A DNA stretch of 62,903 nt, the filler included, from Parasitella parasitica NRRL 2501 (taxonomy: Eukaryota; Fungi; Mucoromycota): the NCBI GenBank assembly GCA_025201805.1. It is 9 parts of 9 records of this genome, joined end to end, with 100 filler letters (N's around TTAATTAATTAA, not from the genome) between each part and the next. Parts side by side here need not be neighbours in the genome. Positions count along the whole stretch, not along the records: positions 37,528 to 39,852 come from MU619566.1; positions 39,953 to 47,919 come from MU619400.1; positions 48,020 to 54,019 come from MU619497.1; 6 more parts are not named here. One strand, 5' to 3'. The notes under the pieces are model-generated. The model did not search any database and had not been told where the DNA came from. It saw nothing but the letters and a program-made list of their open reading frames with translations. This document shows positions 37,528 through 50,960 of this stretch, piece after piece. Each line of letters opens with the position of its first letter. The stretch's first letter is position 1. Made by a program: the position numbers and the translations under genes.

Positions 37528-39852
37528 TCAAGTATGTCAATATAACAGACACATACAGGATTTCCAAAGAAGCAGTTAGAGAGTGTGTGTATCTCTTTAG
37601 ATCTCTATTGAAGCATAACACCGTTAAACACCGCCATCAAGGTAAGCCCTAATCGACGAGCTGTTTGTATGTATATTTTATGGCACTTGCTGATCTTTTT
37701 TGCGCCAATCAAGATTGTAAAGAGCCGCGATATAAAGCTGATGGAATTACCCCAGTTAGACAGATGAAGATGTTTACATTGGCAAAGATCGTTTCATTGA
37801 TGCTGGCTAATGACGCAACAAGCGAGCTGACGAATTTATGGACATCAGTATGAATACAACCCGGATGGCTATTCTGACATATTCGATGGTGAACGCTACA
37901 AGGCTCTTTTAGAAGGTGGCTGCTTCACCAATTCTATTGACGTTGCGCTGGCGCTTTTCATTGATGGGTTCGCGGCAACAAAGTTGAATCAATCTGCAAA
38001 GATGTGAATCATTCATCTGATCAATTACAACTTGGAACCATAAATTCGATACAAGGATGAATAAACTCGCCAGATTGGAATAATTCCTGGGCCAAACAAT
38101 CCTATGATTGAAACCTTTCTAGAACCCATAATGAAAGAAGCCGACAAATTGGCGCAACACGGCCTGGTTGTAATGAAGAACGACATGAGAGTCTGCTTAA
38201 GTCATGTGTATATTTTGATTGCTGGTGGCGATTTGCCTGCTGCTGGAGACGTAAGTTCATTGTATAACCATCGCTCAATGCGTGCTATGTTTTGAGTTCA
38301 TGAAAAAACTAATGCACCTTATAGCTCTGCAATCATTTTGGCTTCAACTCTAAATATGGATGCCGCATCTGTAGAACGGAAACAACAAACATCAACCACC
38401 ACACGTGTTTCCTTGAACGTATAGCAGCTGAGAGGCATATCAATGATTTTAAACATCCAGATCCTGCCAACGTAAGTATGAATAATGAGTAAAGTTACAA
38501 AAAATAGCTAATCTTCTATTACCTCATTCCAATATGTAGCATTTAGGTATCAAATCAAAAGCAGTGTTTTCTGACCTTGTAACGTTGAACTCCCCTTATT
38601 TTGTGCTGCTTGACTCGATCCATTTGGTTGAGCATAACATTTCCAAGGCTGTATACGATTTAATCACCTTATCACTCAACAAGGACACAAACAAAGCATC
38701 AAAGTTCATGTTTACAATGAAGGGCCCCGAGTACATGTCATGCGAGGCTTTTCCATTTTGGATTGACAGGAAGGCCCTTATTGAGGCAGGAAAATTGGTC
38801 GCGGCATCAAAGCCAACTGTGAACTCTAGCTTTGGCTCCAAATGGGTCGATCCCATTGCCTACAATAGTATGTGTAGCAGTATATTTTTCTATCCAGCAG
38901 AGAGTACTAAATTAGTATTTGACTGTAGGCGGTATCAGGGCTTGCGACAGAAAACTCTTTCTGCTCCATATCTTACCTGCATTTTTCGTCCCTTTGATAC
39001 AAAACGATAAAGCAAGAAAAGCCATTCTAAAACTGGTAAAAGCTTGTGCCCTGTGCCCTCAGTGGAATTTTACCAAGCAAGATGTTGAAAGGATTCGCCG
39101 GTAAGTTAATATTGAACGTAATCCCACTCAACGTACTCTGAAGCTGATTGTTGGCTGTGTGAAGACATTTTCAGGATTGGATGGATTTCCTTCTTGCTGA
39201 AGTCAAAGCAAAGGCATATCAAGCCCGGTATGATGAGGCCTACACAGCACTATTTACTTCACGTCCACAAATCAATCCAAATGAATGGCTGCATGCCCGC
39301 ATACAGTTGCTACTCCCAAGAGCGAGCCATCGGCAGATACAAGAAGCTGATCAAAAGTAAGAGTAATTTTGGGGAAAATGCAACAAGGGTGCTGGAACGA
39401 CTTGCTGTTCGTTCGTATATTGCCAACTTGCCTGATGAACCATCCTTTAGCACGCTTAATATGCTTGCTCCTCGCTCCTACAGTGCCAAATCATTTCGAG
39501 ATGTATTCTGTCCAGATACAGAACAAATAATGCTGCAGCTGTGGGAGCCAATCTATTGTTCAGATCTGCATCATCTTCCACTCGAAATAGGAAAATCAAA
39601 GTTTTTATCTGCTCTTCAAAATTTCTATCTTCGTGCCATCAATGTGTCCTGTAACGATCAGATGCTGCTGGATGGCTGTGTTGATCCGGATGTGGAAAGC
39701 CATGGGATGATGCTGCTGGGATGTAGGGTTTGGGAGAATGATAAAACAATTTGGAAATCCCAATTGTATGCCAATGAAATTAAGGAACACCGTCGTAACA
39801 ACACATTTATCATCTTCAAAGCTACACATAGAACCAAGTAAGTAATTATGCA
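37528..39852 (+). pseudogene. CACTA/EnSpm (Tnp2, Transposase_21-type) transposase remnant with introns
   Basis: DIFDGERY, LALFIDGF, IIPGP, FLEPIMKE, GDLPA, KYGCRIC, LDSIHL, HYLLH, YSCYSQERAIG. Several stops and frameshifts. Confidence 0.88.
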
Positions 39853-41149
39853 NNNNNNNNNNNNNNNNNNNNNNNNNNNNNNNNNNNNNNNNNNNNTTAA
39901 TTAATTAANNNNNNNNNNNNNNNNNNNNNNNNNNNNNNNNNNNNNNNNNNNNTCAAATTTATTATTACTATATATATGAAAAATAAAGCGTGGCTCTGAG
40001 AGCATTTACCACATTTCCAGCCTTCGCTTCGGCAACATTTTGATTTTGACAATATCTCGACAGCAAAGATAGATATCGAGAATCGGAAAACGTAGTAAGG
40101 TACAGTTATCATACCAGTACTTGAATGTATACTTGGCTCGGATCCCAAATCCGTACCTAAAAATGACCCTGAAGGTTGACCCAAAGTTGAAAACTGAAAA
40201 TCGAATATGAGGTTTGGGGTCCAAACATAGCAAAATCTGAAAAATAACCATACATGCATAAAACTCGGATATGTTGTACAATGCTGCAAAAAAAGAAGAT
40301 TTTGGCTGAAGGTTGTGTCTCTATCGCTTAATAGTTTGTAAAGATATCAGAGATTGTAGATTATGCCTTTAAGCGGGGAAAAAGGTGATGGTCATGATTA
40401 GGTGGTATTTAGTTCCTCCAGAGATGAAGAAATGTAAAAATGTCCCGTATCGTGCAGTATCTCAGCTATTAATTCATATCAAGGCATAACCAGATTGTTT
40501 ATGGAGTTCATGTTTTGCTCCTCAATTGAAATAGGTGCTTCACTGCTTTAAGGCCTATATATTGCAGCGCTAAACTAAATTTTAGCAGTATGCTGCCATC
40601 ACATCCCAAAATTTTATTGCGTAATATCTCAAAAAATTAATAGGTATACTAAATTCGTTTGCCAAGTAATTTTTGACAGCTTTTGAACCATATAGGTTAT
40701 TAGGCTTTAGAAACACCTTTTTGTATACTAGCAATTTTATAAAAATCCATCACATCAATACCTACATGTAAATATATTGATCTCAACCGAAGGTCTACTA
40801 TTTCTGATACTAATTGAGGCCGAGTGTCGAGTGAAATGAATTCTCGTTTTTTTTTTTGCCAATGTTTGTAAGGGTGGAATAGGTCAGCTTAAATCTGGAA
40901 TGTTTTCGATTTTTAACGAAAAATGAAATGAATATAGCTTTCAGAAAGAAAAGAATCATGTTTATCATTGTTGATGCAGTGCAGCTAGAGTTTTATGCAC
41001 TGTAACTGAGGCAAACGTTCCCATGGCTCTGATTTCTTTGTATTTGACGCAGATTATCATCACGGTACAAGCTTTTTTTTTAATTTACTTTTCCCTTGCT
41101 CTTCTCGTTTTTCGAGTTACCAACAGTGGAGAGGGACATAAATGGCTGA

Positions 41150-41560
41150 AGGAGGAGACGACAGAAGCAGAATACACATGAAAATTTATTACTCCTCTTA
41201 TCGACCTCACATTGAAACCATCTGAGATGATCTTCAAACCTGATGAGCAAAAGCTACTACGCCTTGTGAAGGATTATGAAAATAGTGCTTTGACTGAACA
41301 TAATGCTCGTTTGTCTCGTCCGAATATTGATGGTATCATCAAGAATATGAATCTTGATGTTCCCTTTTCCCTCTTTAAGATTTCCGGCTTTCCCAATAAT
41401 CGTTCTGAAAATTTCAATCATTACAAAGGAGATCGAAACAAACTGGCCAAGAACCTCAAATGTCCGTTCAAGGTTGTTTGCTATATATTTGAAAAGAACG
41501 TTTTTATTTAAATCAGCCTGCACACTCAGGTTTTTTGGTATTCACGTTTGCTAAGACCAA
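41150..41560 (+). pseudogene. Fragment of a Mucorales restriction-endonuclease-like repeat gene
   Basis: RPNIDGIIK...KISG...HYKGDRNKLAKNLK resembles the D..E-x-SG..DRxK core of this family. No intact start. Confidence 0.35.
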
Positions 41561-41700
41561 TTGTATGTTTACTCATTGCCAAAGTCGTAGTGGGATGTGT
41601 TTGTCCTCAAATTTTATATCCCCGCCAAGACAGCTTATCCATTCAAGAAGAGCATTGTACGGTACAATTCTCTCTTTTTTTTTCAACCCTGCAAACTGAG

Positions 41701-43267
41701 ATGACAGACAAAACAAGAGGAACAGGTAATTCCACATAACCCCTTTGCCAATATTTTTCTGCTACTCAACCCTTACGTAACCGCAGCTATACATGATAAA
41801 AAATACGAGACATTTATCCAATGGCTACATGCAAACAACTTTCCAGAGTCAAAGCTTGTGCTAGCTAACTTTACGAGTAAGCGGGTTATATTGTAACCGA
41901 GAACCAAGGTTGGATGACGCTGATATTTTGACTAGATACGGGCCGTGGTATGATGGCTACAGATGATATCGAATCAGGCGAGGTTATCGTCTCTGTGCCT
42001 CGCAAATTTCTCATGACAAACGAAAGTCTTGCCAAGATATACGGCTCTAACCATGCTCTTAGTTCGCATCAACTGCTAGCACTACATCTACTAATGCTGA
42101 AAAAAGACAAGCAGTCTTGGTGGAAATCATACATTGATCTCTTGCCGATGCATTTCAACACAATGCCTGTCAAATACACACAGATCTTGGTAGATCATCT
42201 TCCTACTGCACTCAAGGAACAAGTATCACAGCAGAAAGAAAATATACATAACGACTATCTATCTTGTGTTGCTTATTTGAAATCAAATCCAGCCATTTCG
42301 GAATCGATACAGCCTGAGGAATACGAATGGGCATGGCTTTGTGGTAAGTGAAGCAATGCAACGGATATGTGTTGCTGCTCGCTAACCAGCAAACCTTATC
42401 AATATAGTAAACACTCGTTGTATCCACATGACAAAGATGGACCATTCTATAAACGGCGGCAATATTGCGTTAGCGCCAATGCTAGATTTTCTCAATCATA
42501 CCACAGAAGCCAGAGTAATGATTTCAAGTGCGTAACATTGATGGGACATACGTTAACAAAAGAGAGAATAGATTGAAAGCGGCTACAATATGCAAAACCA
42601 AAGCTTTGAAATCAAGACGCTGACACCTTACAAAAAGGGGGAGCAAGTGTACATCAATTATGGACCTCATGATAATTTGGCAATGTTGAAAGAATACGGC
42701 TTTGTTTTATCGCAAAACTGCTACAATTTTGTCCTGCTGGACAATGAAATCTGGACACTATACGGTGAAATGGAGACAAAACAAGGATTAAACGTCAAAA
42801 AACAAATACTGGAGGGTGCGGGGTATTTTGGAGATTATTCCATCAAGGAAGACGAAATATCGTTCAGATTAATGGCAGCATTGAGACTATTAGCATTGAA
42901 TGGGACTACTGAACCTGGGTTTGATAGAAGTGTGATGGACTGGCACGATGTGGTGATGGGACAAGTCGACATGATTAGCATTGAGAATGAAAGAAGGGCA
43001 TTGATTATGCTGCAATCGATATGCAGCAACGTTGCAAAGCAAGCTGAAAAAGAAATAGACACATTAGCAGTGAGTGATTTATGTGGGCATCAGATGGTTT
43101 AATTCAACTGATTTTTTACCCATTGACCATAGCATATCACAGAGAAACATCCAGAGGCAGAATTTCATCCATTTGCTTTATACTTTTTGAGGCAACTCTG
43201 GAATGAATCGAGCGAAATTATCAATCAAACTCTGACCAATTTGAAAGAAAAGCTTGTAACATTGTAA
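41701..43267 (+). CDS. SET-domain lysine methyltransferase (SETD4/Rkm2-like), multi-exon
   Basis: TGRGMMAT...VSVP, WAWLCVNTRC, ALAPMLDFLNH, GEQVYINYGPHDN...LKEYGF, followed by a Rubisco-LSMT-like substrate-binding region. Confidence 0.9.
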
Positions 43268-43890
43268 ATTATTATCAAGTAAATGGTTTGTATTTGTTTT
43301 TAATGAATCAAGCATATAGAGATTACTAGTACTATCGTTCTGTATCATATTTTTTACTGGGTCTGGTTATATATATACATATGTGATTCTATACTTTTCA
43401 TGTAAAATGCCATCATTGCGGTTGAATCTAAGTGGAGACAAAGCAAGTTTTTGTTAAATATTGTCTTCTGTAAGGTGGTTTTATGGGCGGTGGTTTTGGA
43501 CGGGCGAACCTGGCAGTTTTCATTGTCTCTTGTGCTATTGTTTTGAGCGATACAATGTTCTGACCATCGCATGTATGTATTTATACTTTTTTTCGTTCAA
43601 CTTAGTTTCAGAATGTTGTCTTTGTTAAACCTCATACAGGAGTATGTAAACTACAGAAAACCTGAAATGATCGGTTTGGGGTTCTTAAAAAGTCAGGAGT
43701 ACTGACCACATATAATATTTAATGATATTATGTAGTACTAGATGCCACAAAGTATGGAACCATTTACCACTTGAATTCAAGCCAGTTTTATGATAATTAT
43801 ATATTGATATATATATAAATACAAATAGCAGATTGAAGATGAGATAGACAATAAGGAAGTTAAAATAAAGCAAAATGAAAGATGTTAAAG

Positions 43891-46800
43891 TTACAGGTAA
43901 AAATTTTTGACATCGTTTGCGCCAAACGGTTCACTACATGTAGGGCATCTTCTTTGTCGAGTTTCTAATCTGGCATCTATACAGTTTTTACAAAAAGTAT
44001 GCATACATCGGGTCAAAATGTGGGTTCTAAATCGTTGACGACATGTGCTACACTTCAACAGCGCCTAAAAAGCACGAGAATTGTTTAGTATACATGTCAA
44101 CTAATAGCTTTTCAAATACAAAAAACTTACTCTCAGCTCTTCGCACTCGTCAATCAACTGCTGCTCTGCTGGATCATCACCGTGCGAGATTTTGTCCCAT
44201 CTCTTCTTCATTTTCTCGTAGTTTTCCTCTGTTTGTTCCTGAAGTCGTTTGTCCTCATCCAAAAGCCGAGTCTTTTCTTTCAGTGTTTTCTGGAGTTCTG
44301 TCAGCATGATTTCGTTTTGATCGATTGAAATGCGATAATCTTCACATAAATGAGCAATATTTTCTAAATCTGTTTTATCATCTTCAATGGCTTTGTACAA
44401 TTTGCAAATTTCATGTTCTTTTTCATGCTATGGATTACAGTCAAAAATATGCGGACTAGAAAACCCAGTAAACATACCACTTGCGATTCCAGCAATTTCT
44501 CTTTTTCTTCCAATTGTCTAATTAATTCTTGCTGCTTTTCTTTGGTCATACGTAAAGAAGAGACTGCGACTATCTGTTTTTCCTTTGCTGATAATAATGA
44601 AGTAAATGTGTGTGCATATTTTGATTTCTATTACAAATATACATGAACAATCATAATTGCAACTCAAAAATGCAGGATACGTACCTCTGCTTGTAATTTT
44701 AGTGCCTGGTCTTTTTTTTGCACTAGATCAAACACTTTTCTACTTTGCTGCTCCTCCAATCTACCGTAAATACCAGCTACTCTGTCAATTTCCTCTAGTA
44801 AATGGCCCTCATTCTTTTCCAGAAATTTGATCATCAACTCTGATTTTCGTGATTGATCTGACACAGAATCAAACGCCTCAATCAATGAATTGGAGTTCCA
44901 TTTGCTCAGTTGCTGCTCTAAAACCGATGCCGAAGATAAATGCATTGGAGTTGTGCGTTTTTCGATCATTTCCAGGGAAGATAGTACTATGTTTAAATGA
45001 CTGAATCCAGCTGTTAGTAACGATACTAAGGTTTCCTTCCTATCACCGCTACTGCAAATAATACCTTAGATTGTTTTTCAAGTCATTGAATGTATTTGCT
45101 TCTTTTGCGAATGGACCAGCCATTTCTTGCTCTATTTTAAGTTTGTCAATTCGAGACTCTAAAGATGCTATTCGCAATTTGCCCTGATTTGCAAACGAAA
45201 TGATCTTTTCTTGTGATTCTCTTTCACGACCCTCCTTGATTTTTTGCTCTTCTACTAGTGTCTGAAAATTATCTCTCTGCCCACGAATGCGGTTTAAATC
45301 GCCCTCTAAACGACGCATCTCTGCTTCCATGGTTATCCCCTGTGCCATCTTTTCTGATTTCACTTGGTCAACTAATTGCTGTCTATTTGCAGAGATTTTA
45401 TCCATTTCTCGCTCAATCTCGGTACGTCTCTGCTCCAGGTGAAAGCATCTATCGCGATAATGCTCGATTGAAAGTTTCAAAGTCTTTGCATATTCTGTCT
45501 CTAACAAACGATCCTCGCCCATGGTAAACATGGAAAGTAGCCTTTCTTCGTCTCGTAGTAGTAATTGACGATCTCTTTTCAAATTTTCAAACTCTTTTTC
45601 TCTTGACGCTAAAACCAGCTTATGCTCCTCCAATTGTATTTTAATAGCTTGTTCAGCCATGGATGCAGACTATAATAATTTATGTTAACGAAATGCGATT
45701 TGAAGGGTGCAATGAAAAAATTTGGCATGTCATCGTCGTACCATCTTTGATTCTTCGAGACCTTCTTTTTTTGGCTGAATTTGTTTGATTTCTTCTTTCA
45801 CGACAGTGCCAGCATCAGCCGGACGTTCTGCCAAATCACCCAAGCCGCCATAGCTCAAAGCTGCAACCAACTTGCTTTTAGTGCGTTCCTGACGTTTGCA
45901 GGCAAGAGCCAATTCTTGAATTGAATCATCTAAACGATCTGAAGCCGACTTTACTTCTGTTGTAGCCATTTTCACGTTGCCCTTGACAAGATTGATCTGC
46001 TCTATGAGACTATCCAAGCTCTTCCGCAAATCGCTCACTACTTGCTGGCCTCTCTTGTATGAAGTATGTAGATCTTGAATTTCTGTCTTGAGCCAGTCGG
46101 ATACAATGACTCTTTTCAGCATGATGTCGTCTTCTAAGCGATATTTTCTCTGTATTAAATCTGCCTGCTGACTCCAGCTTTCAAGACGAGTTAGTGTCTT
46201 TGTTCCAATCTCTTTAAGAGCCAGTTGGTTACGATAGCTCCATTCTTTTTGCTGATCGACTGATAAATTGCGGTGTGGAAGCTCTATGGTAAATATTAAA
46301 ACGAGACATACTCTCTGATAATATAAAGCAATGAAACCCTACCGGATGGCTCAGATAGCTCGACTCCAATCAAAATTTTAGCCATAAAGATAATTTCAGC
46401 TTGAATCTGATAAAAAAGAAAACTGTCAAGAGGGCTGTATGGGTGTGATAAGAGTTTCTTATCTATATACGTACTAGTCCCCAATCAATTCTGAACAAGC
46501 CCTGTCGAGTTTCTTGGCTCAAATATTTGTCCTTGACTGACTCATACAATTTGTCTTTCTGCTCAACTCGGTCCTATTTGGTAATGCCGTTAGCATGCCC
46601 GGAAACCTTGTCTATTGATTGCCCTATACCTTTGCTAAACGCATATTCTGCATCAGCTCGTCCTTGGTATAGTCATCCAGGTTCTCCTATAGTAATAAAA
46701 TATCATAAACGCCCACTTCTGAACATTTTATGTGCTTGACCTACCGAGATAACGATAGGAGGAGAGGGTGCCCTCTGTTTAACCGTTGGCTGTGCTTTTT

Positions 46801-46954
46801 TGACTACGCTAGGCGAAGATGAAAGTGCTGCTTGAGGCACTTGAAATGTGCCCGTAAATCTTTTCTTCAGAGGTGGCCGGGAAGGTGTAGGAGCAGATAT
46901 CGAGGCTTCACCAATATCTTCAACCACAGGTCTTTTATTTTCTGACGAACCCAT
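43891..46954 (-). CDS. BRE1: E3 ubiquitin ligase Bre1 (H2B monoubiquitination), multi-exon
   Basis: Long coiled coil and C-terminal RING LKCSTC...LTRCMHTFCKNCIDARLETRQRRCPTCSEPFGANDV. Confidence 0.9.
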
Positions 46955-47136
46955 AGCTACGTTCAGTTTGGGTAATAATGTGTATGGTAGAAAGAAGAAA
47001 ATGAAGAAAAATGTTTTTCATGATTGCCATCAAATGAGCTCGACTTCTTCAAGCTCCGAGTAAGAAACCATATAGACAGGCATACGAGGTAGAATTCATA
47101 ATGCTCATTCCGTTTTGCTGTTCTTTTTAGTATAAT

Positions 47137-47579
47137 ATGAGGGCAGTTATTCAAAGAGTGACCAAGGCCAGTGTTACAGGTAAATACAGTGTTTAATGTG
47201 CGATTGGCAATGAAGGCCTTTCCTAATGTTACATACAGTTGATGAAAAAGTGGTTGGCTCCATTCAAAAAGGTCTCTGCGTGCTTCTCGGTATAGGCACA
47301 GATGACACTGACAAAGATGTTGATTATATGGTCAACAAAATCCTCAATGTTAGAGTGTTTGACGATAATAATGTCATGTGGAAAAAGGGTGTCAAGGATG
47401 CTGGCCTAGAGCTGCTATGTGGTGAGGCTTTTTTTTTTGTTGTACTGCAGGGCAATATCAAGTCATTTAACACACAAATAGTCTCGCAATTTACTCTTCA
47501 AGGCCAAACAACTAAAGGTACCTGGCTTAGACAATATTAGATCAAATGCTCAACCCGTTTTTAGGCAACAAACCTGATT
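47137..47579 (+). CDS. DTD1: D-aminoacyl-tRNA deacylase, 5' part only
   Basis: MRAVIQRVTKASV|VDEKVVGSIQKGLCVLLGI...KILNVRVF...LC|VSQFTL...GNKPD. The C-terminal NDGPVT exon was not found in the window. Confidence 0.9.
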
Positions 47580-47589
47580 GTTTGTCGTA

Positions 47590-47919
47590 CCTATAACAAT
47601 CTCAGTTGCCTCCGCTTCGGCTTCCAATGTGGTAAATGCTCTCAGAGCCACGCTTTATTTTTCATATATATAGTAATAATAAATTTGAATCCCTTTCTTC
47701 CCTATATCTTTCAAAGCCGCGCATCGTGGAACAAACTATGAGTGATATCAATGATGATCAAACAACAAAATACCTTACTACTACCGAGGCATTTGAATTA
47801 TTTAAGCGCCTCCAACTGGAAGAGCGACAACAAAGAGAAGAAAGGGTACATGGCTCAGAATTGCCATTGGACATATCACAATATCTTGATAGCACGCCAG
47901 CATATGAACTCAAGGAGGA
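47590..47919 (+). mobile_element. Probable 5' end and gag-like ORF start of a DIRS/Ngaro-like retroelement
   Basis: Abrupt switch from DTD1 to an ORF MSDINDDQ...LQLEERQ...ELPLDISQYLD...ELKE that resembles Mucorales YR-retrotransposon ORF1 N-termini (recalled resemblance only). Cut by a gap. Confidence 0.4.
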
Positions 47920-48019
47920 NNNNNNNNNNNNNNNNNNNNNNNNNNNNNNNNNNNNNNNNNNNNTTAATTAATTAANNNNNNNNNNNNNNNNNNNNNNNNN
48001 NNNNNNNNNNNNNNNNNNN

Positions 48020-50709
48020 TTTTTTTTTGTATTTTCTTCTCGTTCTTGTAGACGAGCTACTGTTATCAGAAACAGTGTTTTCTGGCTGGGCAGGAGTTGG
48101 AAGTAGTGCACGCGAAGAAGATGCAATCGACGGGAAAGAAGTGGAAGTAGAACTGGATGGAACGGAACTGGATGGAACGGAACTGGATGGAACGGATGAA
48201 GAAGGAAGATCAGGAACAGGAGCAGAGAAAGAAGCAAAAGAAGATGAATTTGAGGTGGCAGCGGTAGGAGAGGTAGAAACAATCGACTCAATTCGCTGAT
48301 TTGTTAAAAATTGTAAATTGGTCAGAATCAGCTGCTGCATACCCAAGGATTGTTGCAAGTGCTGTTGCAATTGACTGATCTGCCTTGAGGCGTTTTGCTG
48401 ATTCAGAAGCGATTGCTGTTTGAGTTCAAGTATTTCTTGCCTAAGATCTCGCTGGATGTTTTTTTGAACTTGAGTAAGTTGCTGGTCAAAACCAGCGATC
48501 CGGCTGGATACTTCATTTTGAGAGTCTACGATGTGAGGGACGAGGCTCTCGTAATCTTGAAGTCGGTCATTGGTAGGAGTATTGATCGAACGTCTGACTT
48601 GTTCTTGGAATATTTTAAACTGGGGCAAGAGAAAGAAGTTGTTCGATGAAGGGAGAGTGTTGACAATGTGGTTTTCTTTTTTAAAAATGAGATAGGCAGC
48701 TGCGTCTTGCAAAATGATCCTTCTACACCTGATCAACAATTTCAAAAACCCTCTTTTTGCGGCATCTATGGTCTTGTGTACGACCACTGCTTGCTTTTGC
48801 CTTTTCTTTCCTTTCCTCAAAGTCGACTGACTTACATCGTCTTCAACAAATTCAGCCTCAACATCTTCCTCGTAAAACTCATTTTCATCTATCTGGTTCA
48901 TTTCGTCCAGACATTCTTTCTTCCAATCGGTATTATTCTCCCCAAAGCAACCCTCAATCCAAGGGAAGACTTCTTGCTGCAGTTCAATGGGAGGATCCAC
49001 TCTATTTCTTTCAAGTACGAATGGCTTATTCCAAAAACCAGCCATACCACGAGCAAACTCAGATGGCACCTTGCCAAGGTAATGAGTCTCCAGGCGACCC
49101 AAGCGATCCTTCCATCCACCGCCTTTTTTGATGATATCAGTGGGGATACCAAGGGATTCAGCTTCCATAGCTCCGGCATGACGGCCACCATGCGTAACTC
49201 TACTTGTATGAATTCCATGCTCTAAAAAGATTTTCTTTGTTGCATTGTACTGTTGGACACTACTTATACCCTCTTCTTTGTCTACAAGTACTTTAAAATT
49301 ATGCCATCTTGTGTCGTCCAGGAACGCAGGCTCTTCCTTCTGAGACAAGACAAATACAAGTAAAAGTTCAATAATCTATTTATGAAATCGTTTTCTTTAT
49401 AGTTACCTGAAGTTTGCTGAACATATAAAACGCAAAGGCACTGAAAGGACATCTGAAGAGATTGTAATGTCTCATCACGCACGCAAATTTTACTTCACCA
49501 TCCTTCAGATTTTTACCCTTATCCAAGCAAAAAAGGAGAGCAACAGCTTGCTGTACACCTCTATGTTGCGTGCGCGAAATAATAGTCGAAAAACAATCCG
49601 AGAAATTCAAATTTCGTAAGTCTTGATCTCGAAGAAGCATGTGGTGGCGAGCAGAAATTGAAAACCTTTCTCGCAAATGAAGCTTGTCAGTTGAGCACCA
49701 CAAGTCTAGTAGGATTTTAATAAATTGGCCGATTTTATATGAATCCCGGATGATACAATGAGCAGCTCTATCGGCATTTGTCTGTACTTGATCGTAGATC
49801 AAGTTTGCGCCATACTGTTTGATTATGTTTTTCACCTCTTTGCATATTTTTGGAGATGGCCATGTTATTCCTCTGGTAGCTACTTGATATTCATGCAAAG
49901 ACATCAAAGCCTTCTTGTACTGGTTTACAGCCTCAATGCCAATAGGTACTTGAAGTTTTTTTGCTCTTCCAGATTTATTTGTTGGGGCATCTTCTGTCAC
50001 TATAGTTTGAATGTTAAAAGAAAATGCAATAGTATATTTTAATGCAATCCTTACAGTCAATCAATCTGGTTGATGGTCCAGAATCTCCATCATTTTGCAA
50101 TGACACTTGCGTTCTGACGTCTGCACCGATTGTTACATGTTTTGTGTACGTTTTCTTGAATACGCATTCGTTAAAAAAGGCTGCTACTTTAGCGGGCGGA
50201 CCAACAGTGTAAGGATGCAAAGTATCTTCGCTTCTAAATCTACCAAGGTCCAAGCTTTGGCAGTATTCCTAATTCATATATAAAATTTAGTGGTTATTTT
50301 TGAAAAAGTACACCAACAAAACTCATTATGTCAATACCTTCCAAACAGCCAAAGGCATTCGATAAGCCAATTCGGTACTTGGCCGCTTGTTCTTCAAAAT
50401 GTCTTGAAGTGCAAGAACAACTTCATCAACTTGCTGGGAAGCACCTGTATTAGTAGGAATAATGGCAGAAGGAGCAGCACTAGTGGCTTCACTTTGAGAG
50501 GATTCCAAAGGGACCATTTCGACACGAGCCTTCTTAGGACGACCACGGCGAGCTTTTTGAACCGAAGATCCACTTTCTTCGGTGCGAACCACCTTCTCAA
50601 TTGGCAAAAAGGTAGATTCAGGCACTTGTTCTGAATCCGAGCTAGATTCAGGAGAATCACGCTTAATAAGACGCATCTTCCGTTGAGTAGCTGGTAAAAT
50701 TGGTTGCAT
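48020..50709 (-). CDS. Crypton-type tyrosine recombinase (Ndc10 domain-II-like) with N-terminal AT-hook; 3 introns; C-terminus in gap
   Basis: RRGRPKK; YKKALMSLHEYQ; HHMLLRDQDLR; GKNLKDG...MRH...CPFSAFAFY; THGGRHAG; GGW; HYLGKVP...MAGF; LQQEVFPWIE; ILQDAA. Confidence 0.88.
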
Positions 50710-50794
50710 AGTTATTAAGATTGAAAGATAAATAAGAAGTTAAAAGTAACTTGTAGATAGCTTACAGACTGCCCAGCATTTATACTTTTTTTGA

Positions 50795-50959
50795 TTTAAT
50801 AATACTGAAAAGTTAGAGCTATCACATTGGTTCATTTTCCGGATTTCAGTATTATTAACTTTGTTTGTCTTTTTTTAATTTCTAATACCAGTAGATTTTC
50901 AGTATTGTTAAGTGGATTTCAGTATTGTTAAGTGGATTTCAGTATCATTAAGTGGTACA
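50795..50959. repeat. 20-bp subterminal tandem repeats ending in ...AGTGGTACA
   Basis: (agtattgttaagtggatttc) about three times at 50894-50955, a further copy at 50841, and a partial inverted copy at about 50796. Confidence 0.85.
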
Positions 50960-50960
50960 A

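Noticed and set aside
48150-48197. 15-bp tandem repeat
   Set aside because: It encodes the Ser-rich VPSSS linker within the Crypton ORF.
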